A DNA stretch of 60,133 nt, counting the filler. It is 9 parts of 9 records of this genome, joined end to end, with 100 filler letters (N's around TTAATTAATTAA, not from the genome) between each part and the next. Parts side by side here need not be neighbours in the genome. Positions count along the whole stretch, not along the records: positions 6,646 to 15,779 come from SRR31147125_44848; positions 15,880 to 21,172 come from SRR31147125_44854; positions 21,273 to 27,980 come from SRR31147125_44910; 6 more parts are not named here. One strand, written 5' to 3'. The translations under genes were made by a program, and so were the position numbers. A model generated the notes under the pieces. The model was not told where the DNA came from. It worked only from the letters and a program-made list of their open reading frames with translations, and searched no databases. This document shows, piece after piece, positions 10,856 through 21,412 of the stretch (within the stretch, counting starts at the first letter, position 1; each line of letters opens with the position of its first letter).

Positions 10856-12886
10856 ATGAAATTAATAAATAAAATATTCACAATAATAATTTTGGTCTCG
10901 CTTGCTTTTGCCTGCGAAACAGATAAAGATATGCTCTATTCATTTGACTATCTTTCTGCTCCGGCCAATGTTTCTGCAGTGTTTGATATAACACAAGACA
11001 ATACTGGTCTTGTGTCTGTCACACCAAATGCAGATGGTGCGCAAACCTTTACGGTTGAGTTTGGTGATTCCAGTGGCGGTTCTTCAGAATCTTTACCCGG
11101 GGAAACGGTTACTCATACTTATGTTGAAGGATCTTACGATGTAAATATTACTGCTTTTGGTCTTACCGGACTTTCAACTAAAGCGGTTCAGAATATCACT
11201 GTTTCGTTTAAAGCTCCTGAGAACTTGGCAGTAACGATTACCAAGAATGATCAAAATCCAAGGATAGTTACCGTACTGGCTACTGCTGATTTTGCAACCG
11301 TATTCGAAGTTTACTTTGGAGATGTTGCGGATGAAGAACCTGTTTTGGTTTTACCAGGAGTTGAGACAACTCATACATACGAAAATCCGGGTGATTATGA
11401 TATTCACATAATTGCTAAAAGTGCAGGTGCTGCTACTACTGAGTATACAGAAACTGTTAATATACCGGCAGCTTCTGATCCGGTTAACTTGCCAATTGAT
11501 TTTGAATCGTTTACGATTAATTATGCCTTTGTAGATTTTGGAAATGTTGGTTCATCTGTAATTGATAACCCGGATGCTTCAGAAATTAATACAAGTGATA
11601 AAGTAGCGCAATCCGTAAAAGCAAATGGCGCTGAAACCTGGGGTGGTTCATTCTTAACCTTGGAAAACCCAATTGACTTTTCAGTAAATACAACCTTTAA
11701 AGTAAAAGTATGGTCGCCTAAAGTGGGGGCTGTAGTAAAATTGAAAGTTGAAAATCTTACCGACGGTGCAATTGGAGCTGAGGTTGACGCTGTTACTACC
11801 GTGGGAAATGCATGGGAAGAATTAACCTATGACTTCTCTGAAATTGATACCAATAACGAATACCAGAAAGTGGTTATTTTCTTCGATTTTGGGAATGTTG
11901 GTGATGGTTCAACTTATTACTTTGATGATATCAAATTAGTGCCTGCTTCGATACCTGCATTTAAGTCTGTTCAGGATTTTGAAGGCGATGCGCCGACTTT
12001 CACTGTTTTTGGTAACATCGCTGCAATTGAGGTGGTTGCGAACCCTGATCAATCAGGTGAAAACACAACTGCAACTACTGCCAAGATGACGAAATCAGCA
12101 GGTTCTGAAACCTGGGCAGGAAGTTTCTTCGAGTTAGAGTCTGCTCTCGATCTTGAAAATTACGATATGATTAAGGTGAAAACATGGTCACCAAAGAGCG
12201 GTATTGTTGTGAAGTTGAAACTGGAAAATCTGGATGCAAGTATTACGCACGAGGTAGATGTTATAAATACTACAGCAAATGCCTGGGAAGAGTTAACTTA
12301 TGATTTTAGTGAAGCTCCTACTGCAGACTATGTGAAAGTTGTGATATTCTTTGATTTTGGAAATTCAGGTGATGATTCTGTTTATTACTATGATGAAATT
12401 GGTTTGGCTAATGATGGAGCGACAATTCCACCTATGGGATTCCAGGATTTTGAAGGCGATGCTCCTACATTTACAACATTTGGAAATATTGCAGATATCG
12501 AAGTAATAGCAAATCCAGATCAAACAGGAGCAAATACAACTGCTACTGTTGCTCAATTAATAAAAACATCTGGTGCTGAAACCTGGGCAGGAAGTTTCTT
12601 CGAGCTTGGAGCTGCATTGGATTTGAATACATATAGTAAAATTCAGGTTAGAATATGGTCTCCAAAATCAGGAGTCGTAGTGAAGCTGAAATTAGAGAAT
12701 CAGGATGCAAGCATTACGCATGAAGTAGATATGAACACAACCACTGAAAATGCATGGGAAATAATAAGCTATGACTTTAGTGGAGCTTCGGCTGCCGATT
12801 ATGTGCGGGTGGTTATCTTCTTTGACTTTGGAAATTCCGGAGATGACTCAGTTTATTACTATGATGAATTTGAATTAACCATTTAA
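10856..12886 (+). CDS. Surface lipoprotein with PKD-like domains and three tandem CBM-like repeats (probable glycan-binding protein)
   Basis: Lipobox FAC; three ~150-aa repeats (DFE...ETW.GSF...VWSPK.G.VVKLK.EN...FFDFGN.GD.S.YY.D); located after susD. Confidence 0.8.
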   Translation: MKLINKIFTIIILVSLAFACETDKDMLYSFDYLSAPANVSAVFDITQDNTGLVSVTPNADGAQTFTVEFGDSSGGSSESLPGETVTHTYVEGSYDVNITAFGLTGLSTKAVQNITVSFKAPENLAVTITKNDQNPRIVTVLATADFATVFEVYFGDVADEEPVLVLPGVETTHTYENPGDYDIHIIAKSAGAATTEYTETVNIPAASDPVNLPIDFESFTINYAFVDFGNVGSSVIDNPDASEINTSDKVAQSVKANGAETWGGSFLTLENPIDFSVNTTFKVKVWSPKVGAVVKLKVENLTDGAIGAEVDAVTTVGNAWEELTYDFSEIDTNNEYQKVVIFFDFGNVGDGSTYYFDDIKLVPASIPAFKSVQDFEGDAPTFTVFGNIAAIEVVANPDQSGENTTATTAKMTKSAGSETWAGSFFELESALDLENYDMIKVKTWSPKSGIVVKLKLENLDASITHEVDVINTTANAWEELTYDFSEAPTADYVKVVIFFDFGNSGDDSVYYYDEIGLANDGATIPPMGFQDFEGDAPTFTTFGNIADIEVIANPDQTGANTTATVAQLIKTSGAETWAGSFFELGAALDLNTYSKIQVRIWSPKSGVVVKLKLENQDASITHEVDMNTTTENAWEIISYDFSGASAADYVRVVIFFDFGNSGDDSVYYYDEFELTI

Positions 12887-12896
12887 GCCAAAAGCA

Positions 12897-14549
12897 ATGT
12901 TAAAATACAATAAATACATTTCAATCATATTGGTAGGTATAGCCCTGATCTTTACTGCATGTCAGGAAGATGACTATCAATTAGGGACATTGACTTCCCC
13001 AACGAATGTTGAACTATCATTTGAAGTTGTGGGTGTGGATGCAGAAAATCCTTACGGGGACGGAAGTGGTCTAGTAAACTTTACTGCTACAGCCGAAGAT
13101 GAGATTACTTTCAATTTTGTTTTTGGCGATGGCAAAGACGATGAGATTGCTGCTGATGGTAAGTTGTCTCATCAGTTTTCCAAAAATGGAGTTAATACTT
13201 ATAGCGTTACCGTAATTGCTGTTGGAACTGGAGGTATTTCTTCCAGCAAAACTGTTCAAGTAGAAGTCTTCAGCAGCTTTACCGATAATGAAGCTCTTGA
13301 GTTCCTAACAGGAGGTAGCTCTAAAACATGGTATTGGGCAGCTGATCAACCAGGTCACTCAGGCTTGGGACCAAACTTTGTTGATGGGACAAACCACACG
13401 TACGCAGCATGGTACAATGCAGCTCCATTCGAAAAATCTGCAAGCTGTATGTATGACGACGAGTTCATTTTTACAAAAACGGACGACGGTTTAAGCTTCG
13501 AACGGAAAAATCCTTCTGATATGGCTTTTATTCCTGGTACTTATGCAGGTTTCTTGGGAATTGAAGGTGATGCCTGTCATGGTGTTCCGGTAGTTGATAT
13601 TTCCGGAGTGAAAAATGTTTCATTCAGTCCTGCAGCTACAATTGCAACAGTTGATGGTGGTTATCGAGGTACGTCAATGAGCTTCTCAGATGGTGGCTTT
13701 ATTGGATGGTATGTTGGCGCCAATGAATATGAGATTATTGAAGTTACAGCTAATATTCTTCGGGTAAGGGTGCAAGAAGATGCAACCTATGCATGGTACC
13801 ATACTTTTACAACAGTAAAACCCGGAGAGGGAGAAGAGTTGGATGTAACTTATTCGAACCTGGCTTGGGCCGATGAATTTGATACTAATGGAGCTCCAAG
13901 TTCCACTAACTGGACTTACGATTTGGGAACTGGAGATAATGGCTGGGGTAATGGTGAAGCGCAAAGCTATACTGATGATGCTGCAAATGTTTCTGTTTCT
14001 GATGGCACATTGAAGATAACAGCAAAAGCTGATGGTTCTGCTTATACTTCGGCTAGAATTAAAACAGAAGGTTTGTATGACTTTACTTACGGACGAGTTG
14101 ATGTTCGTGCCAAGCTCCCTGAGGGAGGTGGCACCTGGCCTGCAATCTGGATGTTAGGTTCTAATTTTTCAACAGCGGGATGGCCTGCTTGTGGCGAAAT
14201 TGATGTCATGGAAGGTATTGGGAATAACCCGGGTTACATTCAGGCAGCACTTCATACGCCATCGAGTTTTGGTGATACCCAAAATAAGGGAAATACTACT
14301 GTAGCTGATGCATCATCTGAGTTTCATGTTTATTCAGTCAACTGGTCAGAAAATCAAATTTCATTCCTGGTGGATGATGAAATATACTACACGTATAATC
14401 CGGATGTAAAAGATGGAGATACATGGCCATTTGATGCTAGTCAGTTTATAATTCTAAACGTAGCAATGGGTGGAAGTTTAGGCGGTGATATTGATCCTGC
14501 TTTTACAGAATCCTCTATGGAAGTTGACTACGTAAGAGTTTACCAATAA
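12897..14549 (+). CDS. Lipoprotein with PKD-like domain and C-terminal GH16 (laminarinase-like)
   Basis: Lipobox TAC; WPAIWMLG, EIDVME, VDYVRVYQ. Confidence 0.92.
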   Translation: MLKYNKYISIILVGIALIFTACQEDDYQLGTLTSPTNVELSFEVVGVDAENPYGDGSGLVNFTATAEDEITFNFVFGDGKDDEIAADGKLSHQFSKNGVNTYSVTVIAVGTGGISSSKTVQVEVFSSFTDNEALEFLTGGSSKTWYWAADQPGHSGLGPNFVDGTNHTYAAWYNAAPFEKSASCMYDDEFIFTKTDDGLSFERKNPSDMAFIPGTYAGFLGIEGDACHGVPVVDISGVKNVSFSPAATIATVDGGYRGTSMSFSDGGFIGWYVGANEYEIIEVTANILRVRVQEDATYAWYHTFTTVKPGEGEELDVTYSNLAWADEFDTNGAPSSTNWTYDLGTGDNGWGNGEAQSYTDDAANVSVSDGTLKITAKADGSAYTSARIKTEGLYDFTYGRVDVRAKLPEGGGTWPAIWMLGSNFSTAGWPACGEIDVMEGIGNNPGYIQAALHTPSSFGDTQNKGNTTVADASSEFHVYSVNWSENQISFLVDDEIYYTYNPDVKDGDTWPFDASQFIILNVAMGGSLGGDIDPAFTESSMEVDYVRVYQ

Positions 14550-14581
14550 AGTGCATGGGTTAATTACAAGCTGATTGGGAA

Positions 14582-14609
14582 AGAGGGAAGTGAAACTCCA
14601 CTTCCCTCT
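14582..14609 (+). other. Intergenic 11-bp stem-loop (mRNA stabiliser or attenuator candidate)
   Basis: agagggaagtg-aaactc-cacttccctct; no U-tract follows. Confidence 0.6.
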
Positions 14610-14670
14610 CATTACTCGGATAGTTAGAGAGTTATCAGTATTAGTTAGGAAAATCATTAAAACTATTGTG

Positions 14671-15498
14671 ATGATTAGAAGTGGTTTGTTTGCTTTGATG
14701 GCTATGGTCGTCATTAGTGGGTGTATTTCAAGTACAAAACAAAAAACAGTTCAAAAAGAAACTACGGAATACCAACTTGTTTGGGCCGATGAGTTTGATT
14801 ATTCTGGATTGCCAGATTCTACAAAATGGGATTATGATACCGAGGGGAATGCTGCAAGCTGGGGAAATAATGAGGCTCAGTTTTATACTGAGGCTAATAA
14901 CGAGAATGTTTATGTAGAAGATGGAATACTGTTCATAACTGCATTAAAGAAAGAGGAACAAGGTAAAAAATATACTTCTGCCAGGTTGATTTCAAAGGCT
15001 GACTGGCAGTATGGTAAAATTGAAGTTAGTGCAAAACTTCCCAATGGGGTTGGAACATGGCCTGCAATCTGGATGATGCCTGGAGGTTGGTCTTTTAGTG
15101 ATGGCAATTGGCCGGACGTTGGTGAAATCGATATTATGGAACACGTTGGCTTTGAGTCAGGTATCATTCATGCTTCAGCACACTCCAAGGATTACCAGTG
15201 GCAAAAAGGGACTCAAAAAACAGCAACCATACAGCTTAGTGGGGTTACTGAAGAGTTTCATTCATACATGTTACAATGGACACCTGAAGTGCTAAAAGCT
15301 TTTGTTGATGATAGCCTCTATTTTGAATATAAAAATGAGGGACTCGGAAAATCAAAGTGGCCTTACGATAAGCCATTTTATCTGATCATGAATGTAGCAA
15401 TTGGAGGAGCTTGGGGTAGCGTAAAAGGCATTGATGATGAGGCATTCCCTCAATCCATGCAGGTGGATTATGTTCGAGTTTATAAGCCTAAGGAATAA
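14671..15498 (+). CDS. GH16 beta-1,3-glucanase lipoprotein
   Basis: Lipobox ISGC; WPAIWM, EIDIME, DYVRVY; start moved to ATG 14671. Confidence 0.92.
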   Translation: MIRSGLFALMAMVVISGCISSTKQKTVQKETTEYQLVWADEFDYSGLPDSTKWDYDTEGNAASWGNNEAQFYTEANNENVYVEDGILFITALKKEEQGKKYTSARLISKADWQYGKIEVSAKLPNGVGTWPAIWMMPGGWSFSDGNWPDVGEIDIMEHVGFESGIIHASAHSKDYQWQKGTQKTATIQLSGVTEEFHSYMLQWTPEVLKAFVDDSLYFEYKNEGLGKSKWPYDKPFYLIMNVAIGGAWGSVKGIDDEAFPQSMQVDYVRVYKPKE

Positions 15499-15577
15499 AA
15501 GACAGTAAGAAAATAGATGAGTCCATCAGCTTCATAGTTTATAAGCGGGTGGAGATTTTGTAAAGAGATCATTTTAT

Positions 15578-15779
15578 ATGAAGGAGATTTATTTAGGAAA
15601 AACAAGATTGAGCAAGGTGGACCATAAAGTAGAGGGACAGTTTGTTGATATTGAAGGCGAAAAGTTCTACAAAATCAACCATTACAATCTGATGCCTGAT
15701 TTTTTTATGACAATCGTTAGTGATTCTGATCACTGGATGTATTTGTCGAGTAATGGCTCACTTTCAGCCGGAAGAAAAA
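15578..15779 (+). CDS. N-terminus of a probable GH149 beta-1,3-glucan phosphorylase, 3'-partial
   Basis: FYKI.....M..FFMTIVSDSDHWMYLSSNGSLSAGRK resembles, from recall, the N-terminus of GH149 proteins found in laminarin PULs. Confidence 0.55.
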
Positions 15780-15879
15780 NNNNNNNNNNNNNNNNNNNNN
15801 NNNNNNNNNNNNNNNNNNNNNNNTTAATTAATTAANNNNNNNNNNNNNNNNNNNNNNNNNNNNNNNNNNNNNNNNNNNN
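15780..15879. other. Artificial contig linker
   Basis: N44-TTAATTAATTAA-N44. Confidence 0.99.
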
Positions 15880-15898
15880 AAAGAAGGAGGAACTAAGT

Positions 15899-16558
15899 AT
15901 GGTTGAACATTACGCATTTGTCACCGGCCCGGCGGCTTGGGCGGCATTTCTCATCTTTATCTTCGGAAGCCTGTTCCGATTTTACTCCCTCTATCGACTG
16001 GCAAAGAAAAAAGACGGGGCTGTGTTTGAATACATGAGCCTCAAATTTGCCCTCCGCTCCATCGGTCACTGGTTGACCCCGTTCGGCAGCCGCAGCATGC
16101 AGCTCAATCCGGCTCTGACCATTGTTACATTTATGTTTCACATCTGTCTTTTTCTCGTCCCCATATTCGTTTTCGGTCATGTGGTGCTCTGGAAAGAAAA
16201 TTTTGACATTAGCTGGATCACCCTTCCCGATCCTGTGGCCGATATCATGACGGTGATCGTCATTCTTTCCTGCCTATTTTTCCTCTGGCGACGACTCACC
16301 AAACCGGAAGTGACTTATCTCACCACCTGGGTCGATTACCTGATTCTTTTTATCGTAGCCGCCCCATTCGTTACCGGATTCTGGGTCTTTCATCAATTTC
16401 CCGGATATGCCGTCATGACCATCGTTCACATGATCTGCGGTGAAATCATGCTAATCGCCATCCCTTTTACCAAACTCTTCCATATGTTCTTGTTTCCATT
16501 TACCAGAGGCTATATCGGTTCCGAGTTCGGCGGGGTCAGAATGGCAAAAGATTGGTAA
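15899..16558 (+). CDS. tmcC: TmcC-like membrane cytochrome b subunit (NarI family)
   Basis: About 5 TM helices; FHI, GH, VHM and IPFTKLFHM histidine motifs; C-terminal GSEFGGVR.AKDW. Confidence 0.88.
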   Translation: MVEHYAFVTGPAAWAAFLIFIFGSLFRFYSLYRLAKKKDGAVFEYMSLKFALRSIGHWLTPFGSRSMQLNPALTIVTFMFHICLFLVPIFVFGHVVLWKENFDISWITLPDPVADIMTVIVILSCLFFLWRRLTKPEVTYLTTWVDYLILFIVAAPFVTGFWVFHQFPGYAVMTIVHMICGEIMLIAIPFTKLFHMFLFPFTRGYIGSEFGGVRMAKDW

Positions 16559-16732
16559 TGCCGAAGTGTTGCCGATTGACTGTCTCAAACCAAACGATAT
16601 TCATTCAATGACAATCGTCTCAATGTGTTTACTTACCATGAAGGTCGTTGGAAAATTTGAGATGGACGATCGAATTTCGACATCCATTGAAATTGAAACC
16701 TTGAGAAATCATTAAATAGAAAAAGGGATATC

Positions 16733-18079
16733 ATGACTGAATCCAATATGATCACAGAAAAGATCAATGAGATCGAGGATCAGGGAATATTGAAAGGGGT
16801 CGAGGCGCTCAAAAAGAACCCTGAAAAGATCGAACCCATTATCAATGAAGTGCTGAAGAAAGAAACCGGCGCAAAACTGAAAGTGTATGTGGATACCTGC
16901 GTCCATTGTGGAATGTGCAGTGATGGGTGCCACTTCTTTCTCTCCAATGATCGAGATCCTAAATACTCCCCTGCGGGCAAGGTCAAACAGACGTTGTGGG
17001 AAATTATGCGAAAAAAGGGAAAGGTCACACCGGAGTTCATCCAAAATGCTGCAGTTGTCGCCTTTACTCAGTGTAATCTTTGCAAACGATGCGCCATGTA
17101 TTGCCCCTTCGGTATCGACATCGCCTATGTTGTCTCCGTGATGCGACGCATTTGCCATAAATTGGGTGTGGTTCCCCTTTACATTCAGGATACGGCCCAC
17201 AGTCATTCCGTTTCCATGAACCAAATGTGGGTAAAGGACGACGAGTGGGTGGACACCCTCATGTGGCAGGAAGAAGAAGCCCAGGAAGATATCGAAAACT
17301 TGCGAATTCCGCTTGATAAGGAAGGTGCGGATATCTTCTACTCCGTCATCGGGCCGGAGCCGAAATTCCGTGCACAGCTCATCTATCAGGCGGCTGTCAT
17401 CATGAATGTTGCCGGTGAAAACTGGACCATGCCCGCCACACCGGGATGGGACAACAGCGATATGTGCATGTATATCGGCGATTACGAGATGATGGAGCGC
17501 CTCAAAAAAGAACATTTCGAATGCGCCGCCAATCTTCGGGCCAAACGGATTGTCATGGGAGAGTGCGGTCACGCATTCCGTTCGGTTTACGACATGGGAA
17601 ACCGTGCCTTGGGCTGGCGAATGCCTCCTGTGGAAGTGGTCCATGCCATCGAGTATTACAATGAGCTGATCGAAAATGGAAAAATCAAGTTCAAGAAACA
17701 ATTTGATCGACCGGTCACCCTCCACGATCCTTGTAACATCGTCAGAGGTCGAGGACTTCATGAGATGTCCAGAAATATCACCAGAGCCACTTGCGAAACC
17801 TTCATCGAGATGACTCCCAATCGAGAACACAACTATTGCTGCGGTGCCGGCGGTGGTGTCATCAACTGCGGCCCTCCCTTCAAAAACGCCAGGGTATCGG
17901 ACGGCAAAGAGAAAGCCGAGCAATTGAGACGGGCAAAGGAACAAGGGGCCGAGGTGGTCATCTCCCCTTGCCATAACTGTCATGGGGGCTTGGAGGATAT
18001 CATCCATCACTACAAACTCGACATGGAGCTGAAATTCTTTGGGGACATCATTTACGAAATTCTGGAACTCCCGGAATAG
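16733..18079 (+). CDS. tmcB: TmcB-like Fe-S protein (HdrD/CCG-domain family)
   Basis: CVHCGMCSDGC, CNLCKRCAMYCP, ECGH, HDPC, CCGAGGG, PCHNC. Confidence 0.9.
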   Translation: MTESNMITEKINEIEDQGILKGVEALKKNPEKIEPIINEVLKKETGAKLKVYVDTCVHCGMCSDGCHFFLSNDRDPKYSPAGKVKQTLWEIMRKKGKVTPEFIQNAAVVAFTQCNLCKRCAMYCPFGIDIAYVVSVMRRICHKLGVVPLYIQDTAHSHSVSMNQMWVKDDEWVDTLMWQEEEAQEDIENLRIPLDKEGADIFYSVIGPEPKFRAQLIYQAAVIMNVAGENWTMPATPGWDNSDMCMYIGDYEMMERLKKEHFECAANLRAKRIVMGECGHAFRSVYDMGNRALGWRMPPVEVVHAIEYYNELIENGKIKFKKQFDRPVTLHDPCNIVRGRGLHEMSRNITRATCETFIEMTPNREHNYCCGAGGGVINCGPPFKNARVSDGKEKAEQLRRAKEQGAEVVISPCHNCHGGLEDIIHHYKLDMELKFFGDIIYEILELPE

Positions 18080-18107
18080 TGGACAGGATAAAGGAGAGCG
18101 TATCAAA

Positions 18108-18566
18108 ATGAATCAAGCTACAAAGAAACTCGTTGCCGTTTTCCCGAAAGGTGTAAAGGGCGCCATCGTCACTGCCTCTTTTTTTCTGATGATGATGGCG
18201 GTGAGTGCCGTGGGAAACGAGTGCTATACCATCAACGGTGAAACCATGGAGGAAAACACCAACACCAGACCCTTTGTCTGCTTTCCCCATGACGAACACA
18301 ATGAACACGCCGGTTTGGAAGATAACTGTGCCCGCTGCCACCACGTTTTTGATGACCAGGGACAGCTCATGGCGGATGAGTCATCCGAAGACAGTTCATG
18401 TGCCGAGTGCCACTTTACCGGAGACAATCCAAAAGAACTGGACCTGATTGTTCGGTATCACAAGCTTTGTCGAGAGTGTCATATCTCCAACAAAAAGGGC
18501 CCGGTAACCTGTGGGGAGTGTCATGCGAAACCGCAAACAGAACCAGCCGAGGCAACCAGCCACTAA
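18108..18566 (+). CDS. tmcA: Acidic tetraheme type II cytochrome c3 (TmcA-like)
   Basis: Four CxxCH motifs (CARCH, CAECH, CRECH, CGECH), FPHDEH, signal peptide; ATG 18108 after AAGGAG. Confidence 0.88.
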   Translation: MNQATKKLVAVFPKGVKGAIVTASFFLMMMAVSAVGNECYTINGETMEENTNTRPFVCFPHDEHNEHAGLEDNCARCHHVFDDQGQLMADESSEDSSCAECHFTGDNPKELDLIVRYHKLCRECHISNKKGPVTCGECHAKPQTEPAEATSH

Positions 18567-18597
18567 TCCCCAATCCATAAAAAGGAATTTGATCAAC

Positions 18598-18956
18598 ATG
18601 AAGAAAAAATTCTTGTTGTAGACGACGATCCGGCAATTGTCTCTTACCTGGTGGCGATCTTCGATGATAACGGCTATGACACCTGCACCGCAAGTGACGG
18701 GGCCGAAGCCTTTGACGCATTGCAAAATGAAGATCCCACACCGGATCTGATCACCCTGGATCTGGAGATGCCCAAAGAATGGGGACCGAAGTTTTTCAGA
18801 CGCCTCTCCAAAAAGGACGCGTTCAAGGATATTCCGGTAATTGTGATCAGCGGTCTTGCCAGCCGTCATCTCTCCATCGATAAAGCGGTCATCAGTCTGC
18901 CAAAGCCGTTCGATCCTGGAGAGTTGATCGATGCGGTCAAAAAGACCATCGGATAA
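18598..18956 (+). CDS. Single-domain response regulator (1-nt frameshift near the start)
   Basis: Adding one A to the A6 run (18604-18609) gives MKKKILVVDDDP; then PDLITLDLEMP and PKPF. Confidence 0.85.
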
Positions 18957-18983
18957 CCTTCTCATTCGCATCAATTATCCAAT

Positions 18984-19024
18984 AAAAAAACTCCAATCGA
19001 GTCCCGGACTTGGTTGGAGTTTTT
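18984..19024 (+). terminator. Bidirectional intrinsic terminator
   Basis: A-run, ctccaatcgagtc-ccg-gacttggttggag, T-run. Confidence 0.8.
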
Positions 19025-19160
19025 CTTGAAACCTCTCTACTTCGTACAACGTCTTGTTTTTGGAGCCATAGTATTTTATAACCAAGTTCAACCCTGTGTT
19101 GGGGGGCATATTGATAAAATATCTGTACGTTGCAAAAAAATATAAAAGGCTGAAATCAAG

Positions 19161-21172
19161 ATGAAATCCGATGCTGCATCACCTTCGATTTTGATTGTTG
19201 ACGACAACCCATTCAACAGACTCTTTTTTTCGGAGGTGGCAAAATCAGAAGGATTTTCCGTCAAAGGAGGCAACCAACGGAAAAGAGGCTCTCACGGCAA
19301 TCCAACACAATGATTTCAACCTGGTGATTCTGGATCTTCTCATGCCGGGTATGGATGGATTTGAAACAGCAAAAGCCGTTCGTGCCATGGGAAAGTCCGT
19401 CCCGCTCATTGCCGTCTCTTCATTGGCGTTCAAGCAAGACCGACAAAAAAGCTTTCATGCCGGCTGTAATGCATTTTACACCAAACCCATTGAAATTGAA
19501 ACCGTCACATCCATCCTGAAACAGTACGAATCAAAACCGGACTCCGTTGCCGATTCCCAGGTAACGCGCGATTCCAACGATTCCGCACGTTTGGAAAATT
19601 TTTTTAAAGGTCACCCTCTGATTCTGGTTGAAGAGTCAAACGAGCTCAGGGAAATGTTTTCAAAACATCTACAAAATGCCGGATTCAAGGTCACGGAATT
19701 CAATAACGGAACAGAGGCCTCCCTTTTCTTGAATGAAATCCATCGCACCCCCATCAAGCAGGAGGGGACAGATACTAACGGCCCATGCGCGTCCACTTCC
19801 AATCCTGACCGGGATCACGGTCGTATTGACCGGATTCACGACGATCATGACCGGGCCCATGAAAGAAGCGATAAAGCCCGCCCCACTCAACAGTCACATA
19901 TTGTCATCAGCAATATTTTTACATCCGGAATCGACGGACTGGGGCTTTTGACCAATGTCAAAAGAAAATTTCCCGAAACCCTTGTCTTTCTCTACACCCC
20001 CACCTATGACACCGCCATGTTTCAATATGCGGTTCAACAAAAAGTGGACGGGATGATTCCCCAAAACCAATTCCTGACCGCAGCATTGGATATTGTGACA
20101 TCAGCGCTCCAACAGCCCCGGGAAAAGCGTATCTTTGATAATAGCGAAGCAGACACCGTTGCCATGGTGCGTAAAGCCCAAGCTCAGTTGATGCACAGTG
20201 GATGCAAAACCCTTTGCCCATTTTTAAATATTGCCTATCAGCCCCTCCATGAAGCGGGCGGGGATATGGTCCGATGCCGTCGATTCGGTAAAAACGGGGA
20301 GTGCGGCATTGTTCTGACCGATGTAGCCGGGCATGATGTCACCAGTTCTTATACCAATGCCACCTTCAGCGGGATTATGCTCTCTTTATGGGATGATTGT
20401 ACCGATCCATTGGAATTGCTGAAACGGATCAATCGAGAATTGATCAAAATGGGAAACGATCAATCCCATGTCTGTGCCACGACGTTGCTGCTGAACCGCT
20501 GGACCGGCCATGTCGAGATGGCGACAGCCGGGAACCCCGGTGCTTTGCTGCTTCATATCAATGAAAACGGCTCATTTGATTTTAAGACCCTTGTGGGGGG
20601 GATGGTATTGGGAATGCTGGAACAGACGGACCTCTTTACCTCCCAATCCCTCTCCCTTTTGTCGGCATCGGAAACACCTGATTCCGAACAATTGTCCAAT
20701 ACTCACGTATTACCCGCTACGCAATCAAGAGAGGTCTATGACCCTTCTTTCTCAAGTCGCTATCTCTTTCTCTTTTCCGATGGACTTGATGAGGGCGATT
20801 TGATCGGGGCCATTGAGCTGAACAAATCCCTTTTTTCCCTGACAGTCATCAGATCAAACGTGGCGATGGGGCACAAAAATCTCAAGAAATATCTCAGCAA
20901 CTCATCGATACCGTCTTGAGTCAAAAGCCCCAGGAAGACGATGTGGTGCTTCTGGCCATTCATCTTGGTAACCCATGCCGACCGGCCATGGCTTGTTCGG
21001 AATTTCCTTCTACGTTTGAAGCCGTGGATGATGCCTGTTCATGGCTTGAAGAGACGCTCACACCACAATGCATTCCCAAAGGTAAAGATCGGGACCTTAT
21101 ATTACTGGCTGCACGGGAGGCATTTCTCAATGCCGTGGAACATGGAAACGCGTATACCCCCACGGCTTTTTT
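19161..21172 (+). CDS. REC + pseudo-REC + SpoIIE (PP2C) + RsbW-like HATPase fusion, two apparent frameshifts, 3'-partial
   Basis: MKSD..ILIVDDNP from ATG 19161 joins the long ORF at about 19265. Motifs LDLLMPGMDG; GGD, DVAGH, AGNP, SDG. The EDDVVLL and AREAFLNAVEHGN motifs lie in the next frame after the T6 run at 20831-20836. Confidence 0.8.
19807..19869 (+). repeat. Three imperfect 21-nt tandem repeats encoding DRDHGRI/DRIHDDH/DRAHERS
   Basis: gaccgggatcacggtcgtatt, gaccggattcacgacgatcat, gaccgggcccatgaaagaagc. Confidence 0.7.
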
Positions 21173-21272
21173 NNNNNNNNNNNNNNNNNNNNNNNNNNNN
21201 NNNNNNNNNNNNNNNNTTAATTAATTAANNNNNNNNNNNNNNNNNNNNNNNNNNNNNNNNNNNNNNNNNNNN
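21173..21272. other. Artificial contig linker
   Basis: N44-TTAATTAATTAA-N44. Confidence 0.99.
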
Positions 21273-21321
21273 TTTGAAATGTCGTGAAGCATTCTTTAAT
21301 ATATATAAGTTCTTTATTCAT
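21273..21321 (-). CDS. Start of an unknown gene (MNKELIYIKECFTTFQ...), 3'-partial
   Basis: GGAGG RBS, ATG 21321, open to the contig end. Confidence 0.45.
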
Positions 21322-21353
21322 TTTCCAACCTCCAATAACAAAATTCATAAATT

Positions 21354-21382
21354 AAAAACGAGGCTAATAATTTAGCCCCGTT
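21354..21382 (-). terminator. Intrinsic terminator
   Basis: Minus strand aacggggcta-aattat-tagcctcgtt followed by a T-run. Confidence 0.7.
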
Positions 21383-21412
21383 CATTCTAAGTTTATTCTT
21401 TTACTATTTACT

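Noticed and set aside
16712-18106. 464-aa minus-strand ORF
   Set aside because: Antisense shadow of tmcB in a higher-GC contig; no recognisable motifs
18396-18974. 192-aa minus-strand ORF
   Set aside because: Shadow of tmcA and the response regulator
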